Positions 50,379 through 63,104 of a stretch of DNA of 64,000 nucleotides are shown here, piece after piece. The position numbers were made by a program, and so were the translations under genes. Source of the stretch: Rhizodiscina lignyota (taxonomy: Eukaryota); NCBI GenBank assembly GCA_010015805.1, contig ML978124.1, forward strand, positions 1,674,001 through 1,738,000, given 5' to 3'. Every line of letters begins with the position of its first letter. Positions within the stretch are counted from its first letter, which is position 1. The notes under the pieces were generated by a model that searched no databases, was not told the DNA's origin, and was given only the letters and a program-made list of their open reading frames with translations.

Positions 50379-52265
50379 CTACCTCTCTGTTTCCTTTTCC
50401 TCTTCCTCCTTCTCCTCTTCCAGCTCAGCAGTCGGTTGGCCAGGTGCAGGCTGAGCCTCTTCTTTTCTCACAGTCGTGGCGCCGGGCTCAAGTACTGAAT
50501 TTTCCATTGTTGGACCTCCATCCTCAGGTGGCACCCAGTTCTTACTCTTCATGGGCAATACGCCCATGATATACATCGTATCAATCTCCTCTAGTGTACG
50601 GCCTTGAGACTCGCACACGAAGAAGTAGACAAAGACTGCGCCAGCGAAGCACATGCTTGCAAAGACATAACCGTACCGGTAATCAATCGCCGTCGTGATG
50701 TATGGGGTAAAGAAAGAGATGAGGAAATTCCAGATCCAGTTCGATGCTGTCGCAAGACCCATGCACTTGGCACGATAGCGAGTGGGATAGATCTCTCCGA
50801 CGACAGTCCACACGAGAGGACCCCAAGTCATGGCGAAGCCGGCGATGAAGAGACATGCGAAAACAATCATGGCAGCTCCGGCTTGTGGGGTGTTCTGTGG
50901 GAAGCTTTGGTCCAGAGCGAAGTGACCGACTGACGCAAAGATCAGGAAGCAAACGAACATCCACAGGCCGCCGACGATGAGAGAATGGCGACGACCAAAA
51001 TGCTCGACAACATACAGCCCACCAAATGTTGTACCGAAGTTGACAGCACCGAGAATCATGGCTGTCACGTAAGAGTTTGAAAGGCCGGTGGCAGTGAAGA
51101 TAGTCGTGCCGTAATAAAAGAAAAAGTTGGCTCCAGTGAGTTGCTGAAGCATCTGCATGATGACGCCAATCAACGTCCTTCGGGTCATGGCCGGCGCAGT
51201 GAAGATTTCGTACCACTTGTGCGAGCCAGATTGTTCAAGGTCGAATTTTCTCTTGATCTCACCCATTTCGCGGTTAACTTCCCAATGGTTGTCGGAGACA
51301 CCGTAGCTCAGGGCTATAGTATGACGGGCTTGGTCAACGCGTCCCTTGCGATAATCCCAACGGGGTGACTCTCGAAACAGAAGGATGCCACCACCCATGA
51401 TGGCAGGCCAGATAAAGGCTATGCCCATAGGAAGTTTCCAGGCACGCGAGCTGTTGTCCTTCTCGGTGCCAAAATTGACACAGTCGGCGACGAATATGCC
51501 CAAGGTGATAAAAAGCTGGTAGCAACTGCAGGTTGAATCAGCTCGGGTTTCAACAACCATCTATTTAGCGTTGCGTACCTGATCATAGCACCACGAACCT
51601 GTCGCGGTGCAGTTTCTGCTTGATACATTGGCGTTAGAACGGATAGACCCCCTACACCCAAACCTGCAACCAGTCGGCCGACGGCAATTTGGTACCAATG
51701 AGTGTCAGTGGCGATTTGGACGATGTTGCCGACGCAGAACACGATACAACAGGTGGTGATGCATCTTGATCCATTCGTTAGCAAGTGCCGTTTGCGTCGT
51801 TCACATGCATCTCGTACAGTTTACGTCCAATACCATCTGCAATTGGTGCAGCCGCCAATGCACCTATCAACGTTCCGATGGAGAGAAGGCCAACGATAGT
51901 ACCAGATCGGCTATTTGAGAATGCAGGGCTTCCATCCTTTGTGGTATCACCAAATGCTTGCAAGAAATTGTCCATCTCAAGGAAGCCAGATATTTGACCT
52001 GCAAAGAGTGAGTCTTAACATGTCGATGAAACAACGTCCATGACTGACCAGTATCGTAACCAAAAATGAGACCGCCCATCGACACAAGGGTGGCCATCAG
52101 GAGAATACGCAGCGAGTATACGTGAACAGGTTCATCGTGTCCACGCTGCTTCTCTGCATCGCCAATGATTGCTGTAGAATGGCGAGGGCTATTGTTCGTC
52201 ATGGTTGGTGATGTTGCCCCAGATGCAGAGGCATTGTTACCTCGAAACTTGGAGAGGAACGCCAT
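50379..52265 (-). CDS. MFS sugar porter (hexose transporter)
   Basis: MGGLIFGYDTG|QISG, DGIGRK, PMYQAETAP, RESPRW, QQLTGANFFFYYG and ESQGRTLEEID; three introns. Confidence 0.95.
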
Positions 52266-53244
52266 TTTGAGCACAGGCCGTTGCGGACTCTTCAGTGGGC
52301 ATAACTAAAAGGACGTTTCACGATATTATATACTCCGAGTACCTCGTTGGCGATCGCCGCGGTGCCTAAGGTACTCTCCACACCGCGGGGGAATCACGCG
52401 GACGCAAAATCAATGTATCCATCGCGATGGCGCCGTCACAGATGTTTGCACAGACGCTTGGGGGCCAGTGAGGAGCAGGATATTTCATTTTGTTAATGCT
52501 TGACAGACGTCATGGGAGGTATTTTGCCATCAGATGTAGAGTGAGATCCGCTTTTTGGCGTGCATGCGACACTGACGCTAGCCAATTGAAGCTTCTGCAG
52601 ATCGACGTCAGTCTCAACCGCAGTTCTTTCGGACTCCGACCTGAGCAATGCATCAATGCGGCAAGGGAAAGCGAAAGAGAAATTAGTCAAACCGTGCAAC
52701 TTATCAAGGAGAGATATAGAACGTCAGTCGGTATACGAGAAATTGGCACCCGACGCCTCAGCGACAGAGAAAATAGACAGCAATTAAAAGGAAGAAAAAG
52801 AAATAAGAAGCCGGAGAAAGGACAGGCATAGCATTTCCGTTGGTCTTACGTCGTTTCTCGTGCGAGTCATACTGCAAGATCTAGCGAATCGGATAATAAC
52901 ATTGCTATCAAGAGATTAGCGCAGGTATGGTACGAACTATATTTTGTGGAAGGTCAAATCGCTGTACATAAGGAGTATGGATTGTAGCTGGATAGGAGAT
53001 CTACCATGGGCAAAACGCCAATGATACAATGCTGTGAATTAAGGACGTCTGGAGAGAGACAGTGAAGAGATGTAGATCAGCCAATCCTAGGGAGGAATAG
53101 CGCGCGTTAAGGCCAAACTATGTTGTGGAACCATCAGACAATGACGCTTGGCCTAATCTGGAACTTTTATATCTGAGGGTGTTGGAATTCCAGTCAGCTA
53201 TACCTCTCTCCTCACCCTTGAGAATCCACCCAATGACTTTTTGA

Positions 53245-54525
53245 ATGCTATCCATCCGTGTCGCATTACCACGTACAATAACTTCTTTTCCTAAATTCCA
53301 TCACAACTTCCCACGATTCCCAATTAACTCTTCGCACATACGTGTAGAAGCAACAATGTCCGACCTCGCTCCGACGTCGAAGCGTCAGAAGCTCTCAGGC
53401 CCACTAATTGGAACGCACAAGTAGGTGATCTCCGAGAAATGCCCAAGCTCCACCTTGTTGCCATTTTGATATTGACATGTGAACCACAGTGGCCACTTCC
53501 ATGCCGACGAAGCCCTCGCAGTTTACCTCCTCCGCCTCTTACCAACATACTCCTCCTCCCCTCTGGTACGGACACGCGACCCAGCGCAATTATCAACATG
53601 CCACACAGTCGTAGATGTAGGCGCAGAATATGATTCTGGAAAACTGCGATTCGACCACCACCAGCGCGAGTTCAACTCCATCTTTCCCAATCGGTCGACC
53701 AAGCTCTCCTCTGCCGGATTGGTATACCTACACTTTGGCAAGCAGGTCATCAGCCAAATTACCGGACTAGACGAGCAGAGTAACGACGTTAGTGTCCTCT
53801 GGGACAAGCTATACGAAAGCCTAATCGAAGCGTTCGACGCGAACGACAATGGAATTGACGTGTATGACCCTTCAGCGCTGAAGAGCGCTGGGCTGGAAAA
53901 GCGGTTCGAGAACAGAGGCTTTAGCATCGCGAGCGTGGTGAATAGGTACAATTGGCACCATGGAGAGGAGGAGGCAGAGAAGGCGAAGAGCAAGGAGCAA
54001 CTACAGCAAGAGGAGGACGAGCGGTTTGAGAAGGCAAGCCAGTTCACTGGGGAGCAGTTCATTATGGAGCTACAAGACAAGCATCGCTCCTGGCTTCCTG
54101 CGCGAGCAATCGTCCACGAGGCATATGCTTCACGGCATAAATACCATCCCTCTGGTCAAATCATGGTGCTCCCGTTTCGACAAGGCGGCGTACCGTGGGC
54201 AGATCATTTGTATACCCTCGAAGCTTCCACTGCTAGCGCAGCAAACGGAGGTGCAGACGCGTCATCATACCAGGTCTTATACGTCCTGTTCCCTGAAGAC
54301 GGCACGCCGGAGAGTAAGTGGCGTATCCGCGCGGTATCGATGGAAGGAGGTGGTTTCCAGAATCGGAAGGACATGCCAGATGCATGGAAGGGACTGCGCG
54401 ATGAGAAGTTGAGCGAAGTGAGCGGAGTTGAGGGAGGCGTCTTTGTGCATGCGAGTGGATTTATAGGAGGAAATAAGACCTTCGAGGGAGCTTTGGAGAT
54501 GGCGAAGAAAGCGGTTGAGACGTAA
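53245..54525 (+). CDS. MYG1: MYG1 (UPF0160) exonuclease, two in-frame starts (53245 and 53356)
   Basis: IGTHN|GHFHADEALA, VVDVG, FDHHQR, KLSSAGLV, DANDNG and FVHASGFIGG. The upstream ATG adds a 37-aa presequence-like extension. Confidence 0.93.
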
Positions 54526-55094
54526 TATATGACTTCTAGATGAAGCATTTGTGGCGTTCTGGAATGCATGGATCTGAGAAAACAGTGGAAAAGCAACGCA
54601 ATAAGTTCAAAATAAGCTGCTCAATTCATTTAGAACTTGATAGTATCCAATACTTTCATTTGACCTCCATAAGCCTTATCGTGTACCGTGCTAAAGCTGC
54701 CGTTAAAGTAACGTACAGAGAAACGAAGTGTCAAAAACAAGGCCTTAGCATGGCCTGACTGCGGCCACTCAATAGCCTTGCTCAGAGTTTCCTTTGCTCT
54801 GCCGGTAGAACGCCGCCCAACCAATTCATCAATACATCGAAGAAGCATGGTCTCCTGCCATCTTGAGTATCTCATTGAACATCACCGGAACCACTGTAAC
54901 TGTGACCAGGAAAGAAACCCCTGATATGGCCCAAGATCGGGATGGGTCAAGCTCGCCGTCGCACCGGAAGTAGTACTTTTTCTTTGAACTGTAACCATCG
55001 CAAGAGCAACTCCACGTGACGTCTCTTAGTGAATTCACCAGCTACACGTTCCTTGACGGGGAAGCTACCTTCGGGAGCCACCACCGTCTCGAAG

Positions 55095-55753
55095 TCACTT
55101 CTGAATCATGACCGGCTTCGCACTGGCATGCTCTGTGCCCCGCTCCTCTCCTCCTCCACTCTCCTCTTGCTCCCCCTCTTTCTCCAGCTCATCAGCGCTC
55201 GTCTCGCGCTGCAGATAGCTCGTGCCCTCCTTTACCGGACTGCCGCCATGGCCCTGTACTCCAGCCACGGATGGAGGAAGCTGGACGCCTGGCATGCCGC
55301 CGCTGATGCTACCATTGTGACCGTGTCCGAGTGACGAGGAAGAGTGAGGGATATTCTCTGGAGAAGGATGCTCGCGGCCGATGGAGGTGACGCCGACGTC
55401 AGAGGCTTTGCCGGCTTTGGAGAGGGCGTAGTCGCCTGAGTCGAAGTATTTGCGCTCCTGATAAAGCATTGCAGTGAGTAAGTGTGATGAAGAAAATTAT
55501 TCAAGACCGCGAGACGAAGTGCAAATGAATAGCAAGATGATAAGAGAGTTAGAGAGTGTGGAAGCGGCTTATCATACCTTCAACTTATTCTGAAGCAGGT
55601 CGGTCTTGTTGGGAAGCTTGCCATAGAGGCGGAATAGGCGCTGCTCTTCTGGGGAGAGCGACTGTTATAGGCATCAGTGGTTAACTCCTTTCCAGTAATA
55701 AGGAGGGTTATGCTCACATTGATGTCGATCTTGTTCCTCTGATGGGGATTCAT
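55095..55753 (-). CDS. IGO1: Endosulfine/ARPP-19 family protein (Igo1-like)
   Basis: MNPHQRNKIDIN|SLSPEEQRLFRLYGKLP..|ERKYFDSGDYALSKAG (Greatwall/Rim15 site FDSGDY). Confidence 0.93.
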
Positions 55754-57156
55754 GATGCTCCGTTCTTGACTTTGTTGCTTCTCTTGAGGATTTCGTAGGA
55801 GGCCTTAGGAGCTTGAAGGGTGTACGATAGGGAAGAAGTGAAATCTCTCGTGACCAATATTTTTGTTGTCGTGTTTGGGGCTCTTGCGCTTTGTCTTCTC
55901 GCAAGTTTATGCTGCCCTCGTGCCCTTGTCCTTGCTCAACCCTACCACGGCGACAGGACCAGGGTTGTTACCAGTCAAAGACGGCGTCGTCGCTCCGGCA
56001 GCAGAACGACACGTTTGACGTGGTCACTGCTTTCTGTTGATTGATAGGACCTTGTTGCTATGATTTTACTTCGTATCGCGCGGTGAACGTACGAAGTAGA
56101 GTATGGAGGGGCGATACGACGAAGTGTGATTGACTTTTCGGTGAATTTTGTTCGGTGAGCGATGACCGACGTGCGGACACTTCCGCGGCGACGCTTCCGT
56201 CGTCGATGAAGAGAGCTATGACGCTTATGGGCGCAAATGTTGATCCGAAAGGTCAATGGCAGTCGAGAGTGATGTGCTTGAGCGGGAAACCGCCAGAATA
56301 CGTCGATATCGCGACCCCAGAGCTGCCACGGCTGACGAAGACGAGCTTCAAAGAGGGGTCAACAGCAGGATGCAGTGGATGAGGTGATCCTCTATGCTAC
56401 CAATCGCTAGAAGCCGGTCTGACGGGCCGGTGGAAAGCGTTTAGGCGGGAAGAGTCGTGTGTCGGAAGGAGAGAGGTTTTCAGTGAATTTATGTGCGGTC
56501 TGGGGAATGGGAGCAGATCTGCTGGCGCTGCTGCAGGTGCAAGAGGTGAGGTGCGGGCGATTTACAGAGCAAGTTGCTGCTTGTAGCACGAAAGCAGCCA
56601 AGCCGACGCCAGGCCGAACGTCACGCGGGGCATGGGAGAGGGAGCTCTAGCGAATAATTCACCGTCCCGCTGAACCTTGCTTCACACTGCTGTGCGAGCC
56701 TTTTTTTCTCACTCCGAGTTGGTGGATATGAACCCTTGAACAAGGGTCTTGAAGTGTGCTCGATCATTTCCGGATCCTCATCGTTCATTGCTTGAATTGG
56801 AGTCTAATATGTAGTGCCTCTTTCATTCTGCTACTTCCACAATCTGACCGATCCGCTTTCGAAAGTCATTTCGTTCAAAAAATTAGCACTTCTCATTGAT
56901 GGTACGGGTAGAGCTCCGGTCTCCTTTCATTAGCTCACCCACGCGTCAGTGCTGGCTGCTAGGGCTGCAATACCGTTGACCTCGATTGGGTACTGGAAGC
57001 CACTACTTACTTTTTGCTCTAGCGAAGCGTTGCTATACGACCTGAACCTGACTGCCGGAGCAAAGAGGGCTTAAGACATTCGAGCAACTGCCATCACCTC
57101 GTGACCACTATCCCAATTCTTGAGCGCCATTCGATTCATAAGCATCAGGGGAATCT

Positions 57157-57932
57157 ATGGTGAGCTAATGCCCTGACGCTCTAAATGATCATGTCGAACG
57201 CACCCTGACAAACGAACCCAGAGCAGTACACTAGGCCCGCCCGCCAATGGCGGGCAACACAAGATCTTCATAGTCGAGCATCTTGACCCAGAGCTCGAGC
57301 AGTGGTCTGAGCTTGAATACAAGACCATTGCAGAAGAGTGTCACGCCTCTGGTGCGCAGTTCTGGCTTACGTCGGTTCCTCCGTCACTGCCTCTACCTAA
57401 AAGTCTTCAAGACAAGCAAGCTGAAGGCTTCAAAGTCGAGCAGCGCGGTGTAGAGGAGATCTTTGCTGAAAAGAAGGAGACTGTGTGTTTACTTGATCCA
57501 TCAGCTACGAAGGAGCTGGGTCCTGAAGATGGCAAGCAGTTCACTGTATTCCTGTTTGGGGGCATTCTTGGGGATGACCCGCCTCGAGACAGGACGTCAG
57601 AGCTCCGAAAGAAAGGCTTTCAGGGTCGAAGGCTAGGCCCCGTACAAATGACGACAGATACGGCAGTCCGTGTCACGAGAATCGTTGTCCAAAATGGCAC
57701 ACCATTGGATAAGATACCGTATGTGGACTATCCTGAGCTCAAAATTGATGAACATGAGAGCACGCAAATGCCATTTCGATATGTTGCGACTGAAAAGGGA
57801 GAGCCGGTTATGCCAAAGGTAAGATGTTCACAGTTACGCAATGGCGAGAGTGGTAAAAGCTAATTCAAGTCTCAGGGAATGCGGGAGCTCATCAAACTTG
57901 ACTCTGAGAAAGGTTTCGGCGAGCTCCTGTGA
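57157..57932 (+). CDS. SFM1: SPOUT SAM-dependent methyltransferase (Sfm1/DUF431)
   Basis: ATG|intron 57160-57221|..FIVEHLDPELEQWSELEY..CLLDP..FGGILGDDPPRDRT..QMTTDTAV..MPFRYV; last intron at 57819-57875. Confidence 0.9.
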
Positions 57933-58475
57933 GTGCTGATCATACCTCCAGCGCAGACTCATTCAAGACGTTGCTCGATCCAAGAACATGCCTCAGACTC
58001 GTCGGAACTGCTCTGAAAGAAATATTAACGATGCATTGGGCAACTCGCAACGTGTGAACAAGCTTTATTTGATCACTTGGCTGCTCCCGAGTACCTGAAA
58101 CGGGGCGCTAAATGGGGCGTGTGTGACATGCATCGTGCATGAGGCAGATGTTAGATCGTCAGTTTCCATGTCTCAAGGTTCACGATTTGCAGGGGAAGCG
58201 AATATGTGGCGTTTTATACCCCTGATTCCCAGTGCATGCAGATGGACGCCCTGCAAGGTACGCTCGAGAAAATTGCAGCTTAGAATCACAAAAGATTTCA
58301 ATTGTAGTGATGTTTTTATTTATTTCCTTCAGATATGTCGTAGAGGTGCCGTACAATGCAAGCCCAAGCAAGTAATTCCCCACCTCAAAGCCATGTGATA
58401 TCCACTTCTTACTGAAGCGCCCTCAACTCCATCTCAGCATATCAAATGCTCCGATGTGCCCACTCGCGAGAGACT

Positions 58476-58791
58476 CTACTCCTGGAGCTCAACAGGCATC
58501 TCCTCGCCGTCAGCCTCGCCGGTATTGACCTTCTTGCCCGTCTTCTTGATTGTCTTCAGGACGGTCTGGTAGTTGAGGGTATCGTCGACGGTGTTGACAA
58601 CGGCAGTTTGGTTATCGAGCGAGACTTCGTAGTCCTTAACGCCTGTTTGAAATATGATTGTTAGAATGCGGTCTGCGGCGCGTGAGGAATGTGGCAAGCT
58701 TACCCTCGAGCTTCTTGAGCACACGATCGATGGCGCCAGAGCAGCCACCGCAGCTCATGGTGACGTTGAACTTGTAGTTGTGGGAAGACAT
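58476..58791 (-). CDS. ATX1: Copper chaperone Atx1 (HMA domain)
   Basis: MSSHNYKFNVTMSCGGCSGAIDRVLKKLEG|V..IKKTGK (MxCxxC and KTGK). Confidence 0.95.
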
Positions 58792-59881
58792 CTTGGCTAG
58801 TATAGAAATTATGAAGGCAATGGTCCAAAGGGCTTAGATAGGGAATTTAAATGGCACGGCTGTTGATAGAGCGTTGGAAATAAAGAGACCTCGGACTTGA
58901 TGGCGTGCTCTAAGCCTGTATTTGTAATGCGGAATGAGAGAGGCGGTGGATCTGTCTGAGGTGAAAGGAAGCGGTGACACGGGAAGCTTTATATAGCCTA
59001 CAGTACGACGAATTGTTTCTCAGGAGCGAGAGGACAGGTGTATCGGCAAAATACGCGATACGCGATGAGCGGTTTTAGAGCTGGGTTCGCAGACACGGTT
59101 GGAGGTCGGTTTCGAGACCCTGCCGGTTCTGGAACAGAACGCCATTCACAGCCCGATTTGGGCTAGTGCTGTAGCAAAATATAGAACTTCATTGTTGTCA
59201 CATTACACACTCCTTGATCACTATTCACAACGCCATGTCTCCTTCGGGGCTTCTTCAACGAACACATTGCTTTGCTGGCGTCGCCCCCGTGGCTGAGACT
59301 TAGATCGTGAGAACCAGCGCGACAGCCACTTCTACGTCGACACCATGGAGTTGGATCCTTGTTGTCGGTTCTCGAATGCTATTTAACAGAGCTCCCGGAC
59401 TCCGATGGGCTAATCGAAGGCAGCGCTGTATTAGGGGCCCGTATATTATGTCAACGGCTAGAGTATCGATGAATGAGGGTCTATTAGAAACGCATCTTAC
59501 TGCCTCTCGTCTTGCGATGATATTGACAATGACTCTTCATTCATCCAAGGAGGAGTATGTGAGCACATCTATCCTTTAGGACAAAACTGCAGATCTCTTT
59601 TGTATATTCAAATTATCTTGAGAGTCGACTGTATCGACCAGATACGTGCGACTACCAAAAGAAAAGCCACCTTGCGACCGTTAGACCTAAAGATGCAGCT
59701 GGTTTAAGCCATTTCAAATGCAGACCACTCCTATTGGGCATTATCAATTTCGTTGCTGTATTTTGGTTCATGCTAATCGCACGAACCGCAATTTCTCGTC
59801 TCTTAAATTCCTCCACAACTTTCCTAGTCCACACTTTCAAAGTTATCTATTTCCCGTTTAGCTCGACGGCTTTCCCAAACC

Positions 59882-60771
59882 ATGCCGAAGAAGAAGAGAG
59901 CAGATTTAGCTCGCGAGAGTCTGAACAGGGAACCGTCATTCGAGTAAGGTTATTTGAATCCCTTTGAAGGTCCTTGCTAACTCGGCCAAGGAATGGAAAA
60001 ATTGGCCCTTGCGGCATAATGATTCTCGCAGGCCCAGAAAAGAAACCATTTCTAATTCATAAGGATCTTGTTGCACACTACTCACCGTATTTCCGTTTTA
60101 TGATCGAAGGACACCCTTGGCGAGCTTGGGTAGCTGGAGAGGACTCCTCCATTCCGCTCGAAGATGTAAATCCTGCCACGGTCGGACTCTTTCAACAGTG
60201 GTTATACAGTTCTAAACTACCAAATCCCGTTTGCGACCGCCCTCATGATGACATCCACTATACTAGGAGCGATATAGAAGCCACGAGTCTTCACAAGACG
60301 GTGCTACTATACACGTTCGCGGAACAGTACGACACCCCTGCCCTCAAGTTAGCGACCATGAATTGGATTCTCAGATACGTCACTGTGAATTTCATGTTTT
60401 GTTATCCTTGGTACGAAACAGTCATCGTAGCATTTGCTAAGCTTGAAGAGAACGATCCTTTGCGGAGGCTATTCATCGAACTTTACGCCGACAGATGGAC
60501 TGGGTTTGAGGAGGACGCACAGCTTCGCTGCGCCCCTCGCCTACCGTCTGACTTCACATATGGCGTCATGAAGCTCAAGGGATAGCTGCAACATGAGGCA
60601 AGAGACATGTCATACGAGAGTCGGGAGAATTGGTGCGACTACCACGTTCACGCTGATGAGGCGGAGAAGAGTGCGTGTGCAGAGGCTCGCGACAAGGAGA
60701 TAAGCGGTTTAGAAGTCGAGTGCTATTGGACCGAGAGCGAGAGTGAAGGAGAAGATACGTCGCATAAGTAA
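59882..60771 (+). pseudogene. BTB/POZ-domain gene with an in-frame premature TAG (truncated or pseudogene)
   Basis: GPEKKPFLIHKDLVAHYSPYF..LEDV..WLY..LYTFAEQYD. TAG at 60583-60585 is followed in frame by 61 sense codons including WCDYHVH..EKSAC, up to TAA 60769-60771. Confidence 0.7.
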
Positions 60772-61104
60772 TGAGGCTTGAGTGACTTCTGTCGGACAGT
60801 AGGCTCGAGTGCATTCCCTTGCAGTCGATGTACGCGGCAGTGGATTGGCATGCACCACGAGAAAGAGAACTATTAACAATTCACAGCGACATTCACAAAA
60901 TCCCTCCGTGCGCTCTGTGCACGTCATTACCTTGTTTGCAAACACACTCGTGTTTAAGTACAACACCTGTTCACATAACTTCAACCCATCTCGTGTTCTT
61001 TAGTCCAACACGTTTCAATCATCAAACAACACTCCTTACATTGGTCTACTCTATTGAAGCACTAGCTCTCCCCTTCATTCTTGCAACAGCCTTAACAGCA
61101 TATC

Positions 61105-62009
61105 ATGGCGAACGTAGCTGGTACCGGCAAACAGCCGACTTTCAGGTGAGTGTAATTTGATTGGACTTAAAACTCGGCAATCTGATAAGACGTAGACATC
61201 TCACAATTCGTGGGGCGAAGATGGTGACTATCGAAGTTGGCCCCGAAAAACATCCATTCATCGCTCACAAAGACCTTCTCTGCTACCATTCGCCTTATTT
61301 TCGAGCTGCCTTCGAAGGTTCATTCATGGAAGCTCAACAAGGCAAAATCACACTTGACGAAGTGCTCCCAGAGACCTTTGGATGCTTTCTTGACTGGCTT
61401 TACATGGGCAAGATTCCATACGTACCGGGAAACGAGGTCGATTATTCTACTTCCTCAGACGCCGGCGCGACATCCGATAGCGATGACAATACCCCTTGGA
61501 AGGCGCTCTACACCTTTGCCGACCGCTACAACACCCCAAAGCTGAGAACTGTCATAATGGACAAGGTCTTGGCATATGTTAGAATTTGGAACTGGGTTCG
61601 CGATGGACCCGATGAACTGCTCGACTTGTACATCTTCGGAGATCGATTCGTCATCCCCGAACTCAAGCGAGCAATCATCGATAAGTGGATCTTTGTCTAT
61701 GATCACGCTCCAGAGTACGAACTCATCATCCGAGCCTACGCGGAGCTTCCAGAATCGTCGGGCTTACGGAAGCTCCTGGTCAACCTTAACATCAAGCATT
61801 TCGAGCAACGGTACGAAGGTGAGCTGCGAAAAGAGCTCCCTCGTCTATTCTTAGAGGATATGTATATTGGCTACGCAACAACTCGAAGAGGCATAAACAT
61901 CGATCCATGCGACTATCACGAACACTCCGATGAGGCGGACCGGAAAGATGCCAGTAGAAATGGAAAGCGTTGGGGTGAGAGAAAACGATGGATGTTCATA
62001 CAGGAGTAG
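61105..62009 (+). CDS. BTB/POZ-domain protein (tandem paralogue)
   Basis: Intron 61146-61195; VTIEVGPEKHPFIAHKDLLCYHSPYFRAAFEGSFMEA, WLY and CDYHEH. Confidence 0.85.
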
Positions 62010-62318
62010 AGAGCCCGAGATACTTGCAAGCGTGGCCTCTTGCCCATTGTCTGCTGAAGTTTGCAAATTTCCGTGCTAGCTCAAACAAGGGCCCACGAAT
62101 GGTTAGAAGGTCCTGGGGAGGAAGCGAAATGATTTAGTACGACAGCCTTCACCAGGGCTAACCGACGACAGAGGACCATTGAAGATAGACTAAATTCCCT
62201 TTCCAAATCTAGCCTATGCACAATTAGTCCTTTCCTCCTGAAGAAGTTTGAGCTTGCAAAATCTGAAAAGTGATACACAAGGGCACTAAGACGAAATGTA
62301 CGATTATAGTACGTGTTT

Positions 62319-63104
62319 CTAAATCCTCGCCGCTCCCACGACCCATCCACCGTGGCCTTTTTGCACCAACACTGCACCTCTCACCCCCAAATCCTGCCGC
62401 CGATCCAGAACGAAGACCTTCTCTCCCTCCTTCTCCTCAATCAACCCAACCCGTTCCACACTCTTCACCACGTTCAGATGCGGAAGCGTCTCTCCCTTAT
62501 TCTCTCCCCTTGTGATCTGCACGTCTTGTCTCTCCGGGTCGAACCACGCCACTACAACTTCCAGAGGCTCCGCATCGCTACTGAGCCCGGAAGCATTCAC
62601 AGTGACAATCGTATCTTCTCCATCACCAGTAACTACCGACACGCTGACGGGGAGCTGACTTCCAGCGGAACCGTCCCCCAGCAGCCGCTCCAAATCGCTC
62701 TTCCGGCTCCCAACGCCGCTCGCACGGCCGTTGACGATGACCTGCGGTGTGAACGCGGAGCGCAGGCTCATGCGACGAACATAATCTCGCTGCCGAGCGT
62801 CGAATGCAGAACTGCCGAAGGTGTCGGTCCAGCCGAGGTAGTCCCAGTATGTGACATGGTATGTCAGAAGGAGATAGTCTGTCTGGACTTGAGATGAGCT
62901 GGCGAGAGATATGAGGTTGTCGTTCGCTGGTGGACAAGAGTTGCAGCCTTGGGATTGGAAGAGCTCGACTACGGTAATGGGAAGGGAGGAGGAAGGAACA
63001 GTGGACGAGGATGCAGATATCGAATTGGGGGTGTAGGCCGGTGGTGTAGTCGGAGGAGCGGAGTCGGTATCGGTCGGGTGGATGCGACGGAATATGGCTT
63101 TCAT
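62319..63104 (-). CDS. DUF1223 thioredoxin-like protein
   Basis: VVELFQSQGCNSCPPA, YHVTYWDYLGWTDTF, FTPQVIVNG and ITRGENKGETLPHLNVV; intronless. Confidence 0.88.
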   Translation of the reverse strand: MKAIFRRIHPTDTDSAPPTTPPAYTPNSISASSSTVPSSSLPITVVELFQSQGCNSCPPANDNLISLASSSQVQTDYLLLTYHVTYWDYLGWTDTFGSSAFDARQRDYVRRMSLRSAFTPQVIVNGRASGVGSRKSDLERLLGDGSAGSQLPVSVSVVTGDGEDTIVTVNASGLSSDAEPLEVVVAWFDPERQDVQITRGENKGETLPHLNVVKSVERVGLIEEKEGEKVFVLDRRQDLGVRGAVLVQKGHGGWVVGAARI

